This document shows, in pieces, positions 10,385 to 17,090 of a DNA stretch of 17,090 bases (position 1 is its first letter; each line of letters opens with the position of its first letter). Origin of the DNA: Ginkgo biloba (lineage: Eukaryota > Plantae > Ginkgophyta); the NCBI GenBank assembly GCA_024626585.2, contig JANKJI020000002.1:73927479-73944568 (forward strand), in the 5' to 3' direction. A model generated the notes under the pieces. It ran no database searches. It saw only the letters and a list, made by a program, of their open reading frames with translations, and was not told where the DNA came from. The translations under genes were made by a program, and so were the position numbers.

Positions 10385-10876
10385 TAGGCCAGAGGATTAG
10401 CAACAAAATAATAAAAAACATCTTGACCAAAATTTCCAAGACTAGGCTTAAACAATTCCCTTTATGATATGGGTTGGTCATACCACCCATAAGTATGGGA
10501 TGAACACCATTTCAACGCTTTTATGGTTTAGAAACAATCATACCATCTAAATTTCAACTGTCAAGTCAATTTATTGCCATCAAATATCGAATGGGAGACA
10601 TCAAATCTGCACTAGCTACTTTGCTTGAAAGAGACTCAACTACTTGCCCTCTAGGAACTTATTGTGGCATAAAAGCAACCTAGTTTAAACAAGTGGCTTG
10701 GTGTTACTAAATGACAATGGGTTCCATACTCAACCAGACAAGATGAAAATGCACTAGCTAGGACCTTATTATGTCTATACCATCAACGATGACAAGTCAA
10801 TATGATTACAACAACTAAAATGTAGTACTGTCAAAACTCATTAATGGTAATATCTTGAAACCTTGTCACCAATGAC
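10385..10876 (+). pseudogene. pol: Integrase C-terminal half (GPY motif)
   Basis: GQRISNKIIKNILTKI, G*TPFQRFYGLETIIPSKFQL, KMKMH*LGPYYVYTINDD, INGNILKPCH. Confidence 0.85.
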
Positions 10877-11138
10877 AAGGTTCATAACAACCTATACATA
10901 AAATGTTGTGAGAATACATGTTTCTGGATCTTTTATAAGAAGGACATGGTTAAACATAGTAACATAGGATCTAAAAATAACATTTACATTCACACTCCTA
11001 TTATCCCATGCAATAACATGAAAGAAAAATGAGGCCATGTTAGAGAATATAAATATGCTCGTGCACACCATATGTTTATAAATAGAAATCATGGATCGGT
11101 ATATTTACAATGATCTATGATAGCCAACTATGATGAGT

Positions 11139-12123
11139 TNNNNNNNNNNNNNNNNNNNNNNNNNNNNNNNNNNNNNNNNNNNNNNNNNNNNNNNNNNNNN
11201 NNNNNNNNNNNNNNNNNNNNNNNNNNNNNNNNNNNNNNNNNNNNNNNNNNNNNNNNNNNNNNNNNNNNNNNNNNNNNNNNNNNNNNNNNNNNNNNNNNNN
11301 NNNNNNNNNNNNNNNNNNNNNNNNNNNNNNNNNNNNNNNNNNNNNNNNNNNNNNNNNNNNNNNNNNNNNNNNNNNNNNNNNNNNNNNNNNNNNNNNNNNN
11401 NNNNNNNNNNNNNNNNNNNNNNNNNNNNNNNNNNNNNNNNNNNNNNNNNNNNNNNNNNNNNNNNNNNNNNNNNNNNNNNNNNNNNNNNNNNNNNNNNNNN
11501 NNNNNNNNNNNNNNNNNNNNNNNNNNNNNNNNNNNNNNNNNNNNNNNNNNNNNNNNNNNNNNNNNNNNNNNNNNNNNNNNNNNNNNNNNNNNNNNNNNNN
11601 NNNNNNNNNNNNNNNNNNNNNNNNNNNNNNNNNNNNNNNNNNNNNNNNNNNNNNNNNNNNNNNNNNNNNNNNNNNNNNNNNNNNNNNNNNNNNNNNNNNN
11701 NNNNNNNNNNNNNNNNNNNNNNNNNNNNNNNNNNNNNNNNNNNNNNNNNNNNNNNNNNNNNNNNNNNNNNNCGCCCAACTTGGAGGTATAAATAGGCCTT
11801 CTAGCCTCATTTATTATCATCATTCAAGATCATTTTCTACTTTCTTCTACTTTCTAGTAGTGAAGGTGATTCTCCAGAAAGCATGTGCTTCCACTTGCAA
11901 ACTTCAGGAAGCAAGTGATTCCACTAGTGTACTCATGGGTAGCAGGTTCCCCAAACCCAACATCTTTAGTTCTTAATCTCTTTGATCAATTATGATTGTG
12001 ATCGAGTTTATAATTTTCTATTGTGGATCTTTGCAGTGAATTATTTAAAAAATATTATTCTTTTACTTGTGAATTATTATTTTCTCTGCATTATTTGGTA
12101 GTTTTTCCCCTAAGGGCACTACA
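11139..12123 (+). mobile_element. Probable solo LTR (~1 kb; 5' part hidden in the 632-N gap)
   Basis: TATAAATAG at 11787-11795 followed by CTCATT, a T-rich U5-like tract and the terminus GGGCACTACA at 12123. GAGT lies immediately after (12124-12127) and also just before the gap (11135-11138), a candidate TSD. Confidence 0.7.
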
Positions 12124-12549
12124 GAGTGATGGTCTCAAAGAGCTATTTCCAATTTGGGTTAGAGGAACCAAGAGCATCCTAATTATAAGAGTTCTATTCA
12201 AGTGGTGAGGCTATAACTCAGTCCCAGGGATTACACAATAGTTGCAAGCAATATAGTTCAAATATAATAAACCAGAGTATAGTGCACGGAGGCAATTCTA
12301 GTCGAGGTGACCAATAAAAGATAGAAGATTGTGTTTTGGTTACAAACAACGCATCCACAATTCTGGCCAATACCAGATGCAACAAGAGTGTGTAAATTGT
12401 AGATAATTCTGATTCAAGTGAACTTTGGGCAAACTCTCACTACCATATTGAGAACTACCACAAAACCAACTACGACCAAGACTCGATCACAAGTCAGTTG
12501 CAAAAGTAGAAGGCAATAACTAATAAAACAATTAGAACAATTTAATGAA

Positions 12550-13300
12550 TAAGTTGCCTTTTTCCTTGTTGAGATAAGGGTACACAATGTGCTAGCAATT
12601 CATAGTGATTGGTAACAATTTCTACTTGACCACAAGTTAAAACCCCCATCCAATAAGCCGATCTAGAAGTATTCATTGAGATTGGTCCATTGCATTATGA
12701 CCTATATATAGTAGCCATTCAATGGGAATGATCATTCAAGCTCCAAAACTTTTAAACATCGTTGAGTAGGTAATTCACCAGGTCATAGGGTTACCAATAA
12801 ATGGTCCTGTCATTCCATTTGCTTCCAAAAACGCCATTGCTTATGAAAAGGTTACTAACACTTCCAACTCAGGCATCTGGATTGAAGGATTCAAACAAAT
12901 GAATTCAAATGGTTCATATCATTTATTTTTGCACAAAACATGGGAAATCCAAAAAGTTCTCATATTCCTAACTAGCTTCCTTAAATAATGTAGTAGGTGC
13001 TAGTGCACTTATGCTAAGGTGCAATTTAACATGTTGTTGAAGCAAAGGAAAAATGCACCCCACATCTCACCCTTCTTCATGCTTGCAATCATCCTCAACT
13101 TGTTACTAGCCTAACATTTGCCAATTGATTTGCAAATGGTTGACAATTACATAAAATTTCCTTTATTAATGGGATGCACATTGAAATATCCTCGAGGGAA
13201 ATATCAATGGAAAACGCTTAGATTTTTAGGTAGGAGATGGAAAAGGTGTTGCAATGGTTCAAGGATGGGCAACAATGAAAATTATAAGATGCACTAAGCC
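12550..13300 (+). pseudogene. Second decayed additional 3' ORF downstream of integrase, with the same motif order as 6320-7215
   Basis: W*QFLLDHKL...YSLRLVHCIMTY; LNIVE*VIHQVIGLPINGPVIP (12770 on); GIWIEGFKQ (12872-12898); VQFN (13019-13030); PFFMLAIILNLLL. Missed by the ORF track because of stops. Confidence 0.5.
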
Positions 13301-13598
13301 ACCAAGAGGGACTAGACATCAACAGTTAAAGCACCTAGCCAAGACACTCCCGANNNNNNNNNNNNNNNNNNNNNNNNNNNNNNNNNNNNNNNNNNNNNNN
13401 NNNNNNNNNNNNNNNNNNNNCATCTCTCATCATAGCCAAAACTATAGCCTGCAAACGTACAAAATACCAAGGTACACACTCTACCTTATGAGGGGCCCTC
13501 ACCACTCAAAACACCATCAACCCTACACCACACGAACTATTGCTACAAAAGAGTGAACACAGGGGGATAACTCCCAAAGACTCCCATTACACTGAATT

Positions 13599-14700
13599 GT
13601 GAAGACTATTTGGAAATTTCCAAGAAGGGCTTGGACCTATAAATGTGAATTCAACAATAACGCCTCTCAAAAACCCACCTCTACAACAAATGTTATTCAA
13701 GTAGTGGTGCAAGATTGGGTGGATAAGGTCTATGATCTAAGTAGGAGAGTGACAATAAAAATAAGTAGAAGCCAAAGCAACAAAGGTCGAACCAAGTATT
13801 ATAATCATGGAGAAATTCATTGATGGATGGTGATAGATGTTAAAACCCAATCCACTACTTACACTCGATTCATGCAAAATTATAAGCAAAAAATGCCAAA
13901 GGGGTTGGAAAACATTAATCCGAAGCTTAAAGAATATGCATCTTGTAGTTGGATCGAGAGCACAAAGATATTTGATTTCAATTTTGATGTGGCTACAACT
14001 CAATTATAAAGCAACTAAAAAGGAGAAGAATGAGTTGCAAATCCACTTTGACAAGCTTGACATAAACTGAACATCAACACTAGTAAAGATAAAGAGATCT
14101 ATACCTATCAATTTTACAATTTGAGAGATAAAGTTTTCAAGGGGAAGGCTAGTCAAAGAAACAAAATTTGGATTGATTTTCCCTTATACTGGGCAATTTT
14201 GACAATTTTCCAATGTGATTTTAGCAACAAAACTCAAGGCTTCTGTCTAACAAGAAGTAAGCCTAGCATTTGACACCTTGCCAAACTACGATAGAGCAAT
14301 GGCTTAGGGCAGTGGAGTTGGCTTGCAAGCATAAACTATGGCTGACTAGTGTGATATAACAGGTTGTTGGTTGTAGGCCTAATCACAAAAACACTGCATT
14401 GAACGTTCCAATAACAAACCGTATGCCACCCACAAAACTCAGGCTATTGATCACAGTCTCAATCATAATCTCCATAAGCCCAATCGCAGCCAAAGTATGA
14501 GCTAATTGCAACCCCTAATCAAAGACACCTGAAGCTTATGCTTAGACGTTAATGCATAATGAAAATTAAACCTTGATTTAGAGTCATGTTAATTGAGGAG
14601 ACATTCATCCCAAATGAGGAGTCTTAAGTATTAACAAAGGGTAATCACTCAAAGGGATGAAGCACTGCACCCCATCCTCCCACTTATAATATGTTGTCCA
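13599..14700 (+). pseudogene. gag-like remnant of another LTR retrotransposon
   Basis: WTYKCEF...VIQVVVQDWVDKVYDLSRR resembles the gag Q...V.dY...f..L motif; after a frameshift MEKFIDG...MLK (13807-13845). Boundaries are approximate. Confidence 0.4.
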
Positions 14701-15055
14701 TGTGGCATATCAATCACCCATGCATCCATATCCTAACCAACTAAATACACAGACTGCATTTGCTTGGGNNNNNNNNNNNNNNNNNNNNNNNNNNNNNNNN
14801 NNNNNNNNNNNNNNNNNNNNNNNNNNNNNNNNNNNNNNNNNNNNNNNNNNNNNNNNNNNNNNNNNNNNGATTTCCAATGTGAAGAACAAGCAAGTTGTGC
14901 AAGCTTCTAGGAAGTTTGTTTTGGCAACAAATGGGAAAGATGTTGAATCGAATTAAGAGACAGTTGTGGACCAGGACTATCAACCATCATTCCTTGTTGC
15001 AAGGATTAGAGTTCCAATTTTTGTTTGGACAAGCAATGGGGTCCATTGATTCCTT

Positions 15056-15070
15056 AAAGGAGAGAGGTGA
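15056..15070 (+). other. Polypurine tract preceding a 3' LTR
   Basis: AAAGGAGAGAGGTGA is directly followed by TGTGCC at 15071. Confidence 0.55.
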
Positions 15071-15556
15071 TGTGCCATCGAGTAAGAGGGAGCTAGCATA
15101 NNNNNNNNNNNNNNNNNNNNNNNNNNNNNNNNNNNNNNNNNNNNNNNNNNNNNNNNNNNNNNNNNNNNNNNNNNNNNNNNNNNNNNTCACTACCTTTTCT
15201 CTCTCTATCATTTATTAGTTTTAAGCTAATTCTAAGCAATGTATGTGCAAGGGCGTGTTACTATTCCTACTAATGCCTATTATTGCCTATTGTCTAATAT
15301 TCGTGTGGTTAATAGGGTTAATAGAAACATGCATGGCATGTTTCCTTGTAGAACCTTACTAAATTTATCTAAGGCCTCTCTCATAAAAGAGCCTTGGCCT
15401 TTGTATTTCTCACATTGTATACTTTTGCTCATAAGTTCTTTGAGACTTGTGCATAGCACACTTTGAATTAATAGAGAGCTTTTCTTTGTTCAATTATCTT
15501 GTGGAGTCTTTTCCTTTGAATCTTGATTGGTGGGTCCAAATCTCTAAGAGTGCATA
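15071..15556 (+). mobile_element. Putative 3' LTR (contains an 86-N gap; 3' end uncertain)
   Basis: TG start after the PPT, TATA-like CTCATAAAAGAG (~15379-15390), TTGTATTT, AATTAATA poly(A)-signal-like element and a T-rich tail. A possible decayed end GTGCATA lies at 15550-15556. Confidence 0.45.
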
Positions 15557-15661
15557 GAATATCTTATAGGATTTCGTGCAGGTGATTTGGCAACTCTACG
15601 AAGTGTGTACATGCCCTTGTCTTGGGGCGCAAGCGAAGGTGCACAACTTCAGAATCTTTCC

Positions 15662-16045
15662 ATGAATTTTCAAGCTCCCAACAGTCGTACTGTGTTTGTG
15701 CGCATTGTTTATGCATTTGTGCATGTTGTTTGTGATTTTATGTGTCCATGCGCGCACCTTGAGCACACACTTCCACGGTATCCCACATGCCAACTCAATA
15801 TTGAATGAAACTCCGTATCGAGAGTTTTTCAAAAAAAATCTTCGATTGTATAGTGGACAAAACATTGCAGAAGAGCCTTAAATCAGTGTTGAAGAAGGTT
15901 ACAAGGTCGATTACCCCCTTGGATTGATCGTCCATATGCTTCCGTACTTTTGAAGGTCATTCCTTCAAGCCTTAAACCAAGCAGGTACATCAATCATAAT
16001 CCTACACAAGGGACTCTTCTAATCCTCCTCAAATTACGGCATTAA
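15662..16045 (+). pseudogene. Possible decayed small secreted-peptide precursor (IDA/PIP/CTNIP-like architecture)
   Basis: Hydrophobic LCMLFVILCVHA|RTL signal-peptide-like segment, a variable region, then YPLGLIVHMLP.. / KVIPSSLKPSRYINHNP. Needs one stop (15879) and 1-2 frameshifts. CpG is retained locally. Confidence 0.3.
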
Positions 16046-16454
16046 GAAAAACTGAAGGCTTGATCGACACAAAGTAAACCAAAACTGAATTGGCTAAGAA
16101 AATTACATAGTAAAGAAAGATCTTGCAATGAATAAGTCAACAGATGAGATTATATATATACATCGTGTCTTCTCTAACAGATCCAAATTGTCAGCTTCAT
16201 GACACCTCAAATTATCTCACAAACCAAAGCCTGCCTTGGCTATTTAATATTGATCCACTTATTTTTTGACAGAACCTGAGAAGTGGACAGTTGGACAAGT
16301 ATATGCACCAACACTTCCATTAAGACGTCTGACCAAAATCCAGGGCCAATTTGGGAATAAAGCACATTTTGATGTCCTCAGTAGTTCTCCCTCGTCCAGG
16401 GAACAATTGCAGTGAACTTTTTTATCAGGATATGCAGAATAATAATTTTACTGT

Positions 16455-16528
16455 ACAGCAATGAAGTGTATTAATAGATAAGTGAGTGGCAAGACAGCAA
16501 TGAAGTGTATTAATAGACAAGTGGCAAG
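16455..16528. repeat. Short tandem duplication (39 + 35 bp)
   Basis: ACAGCAATGAAGTGTATTAATAGA(T/C)AAGTG(AGTG)GCAAG at 16455 and 16494. Confidence 0.9.
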
Positions 16529-16654
16529 TTGCAACATTTCAATTATGAGTCAACAATAGTCAAGGAGATGCACAACAGCTAATTGATAGCTGACAATAGT
16601 AATAGTAAGGCACACCCTGAAGTCATAATGGTTAGCAGGTAATCACCGTGGATT

Positions 16655-17090
16655 GCTCCATTGCATTTAAGAACTTTGAATACAAGCTATGATGGGAAAT
16701 TTAGCGTTATAAAATTTGTCAGTTGATCCAATAGCTTCCACTCCTCCAAAGCATGAAGAAATTATGCTATAAAATCTCAAGTGCACACTAGGACCTCTCC
16801 TCCTTGCTACTACTCCAATGCACCAAGAAATTTTTCTCTCTTCTTCCTCTCCTCTCTCACAAAAACTTTGAATGCATAGCAAGTGTTGGAGAGTTCTTCA
16901 TCCTCTCTACCTTTGAATGCCTTCATGCATGCCAACTCCCTCCACTTACAAACCTTCTCCTTCAAAATAGCTTCCCATTCAAAGGTGATGGGACTCATTG
17001 GAGATCAAAAGGAGAGAGCATGGAAGGGTGGCCATGCTTCCTCATAAATGAAAAAAATCAAATCAAATATCTCTCCCCTCACAAAATAAT
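16655..17090 (-). mobile_element. Possible LINE (L1-type) ORF2 fragment, endonuclease-RT linker
   Basis: One minus frame with stops reads IYEEAW...WEAILKEKVCKWRELACMKA...NTCYAFKVFVREERKKREKFLGALE**QGGEV..DFIA*FL. This resembles the L1 linker (..aW / W...k...W / T.fF....r..r.i..l...G). No catalytic motif lies in the window. Confidence 0.4.

Noticed and set aside
11115-11823. Long ORFs of 221-231 aa in the ORF track, and other X-containing ORFs
   Set aside because: Artefacts of translating through N gaps.
12130-12143. TGGTCTCAAAGAGC as a tRNA-iMet primer binding site after the LTR end
   Set aside because: It needs a mismatch plus a 2-nt insertion and is 6 nt from the LTR end; the TSD/solo-LTR reading fits better. 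Not fully excluded.

Overview
AT-rich, gap-ridden eukaryotic DNA. It has 9 N-runs, four of them exactly 100 N, which are probably unsized scaffold joins, so adjacency across them is unproven. It is almost certainly intergenic/heterochromatic DNA of a land plant; a non-flowering lineage is my inference only. No intact gene, RNA gene or CRISPR array is visible. The window is a nest of decayed retroelements: (1) a + strand Ty3/gypsy pol remnant (RT-RNase H-integrase, ~1-2494); (2) a second integrase copy of the same family (4411-5190), followed by a 163-bp tandem duplication, a TATA-containing internal promoter and a decayed extra 3' ORF (~6320-7215); (3) a different gypsy element (7316-10876) whose RT and RNase H are deleted in frame, interrupted by an LTR-like insert (9159-10378) and followed by a probable solo LTR with a candidate TSD (11139-12123) and a second, divergent extra 3' ORF with the same motif order (~12550-13300); (4) a gag-like remnant (~13600-14700); (5) a PPT plus LTR (15056-~15556); (6) a CpG-retaining gene-like island that may be a decayed secreted-peptide precursor (15662-16045); (7) a minus-strand LINE-like ORF2 fragment (~16655-17090). 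All family calls come from motifs translated by eye; no database searches were run.
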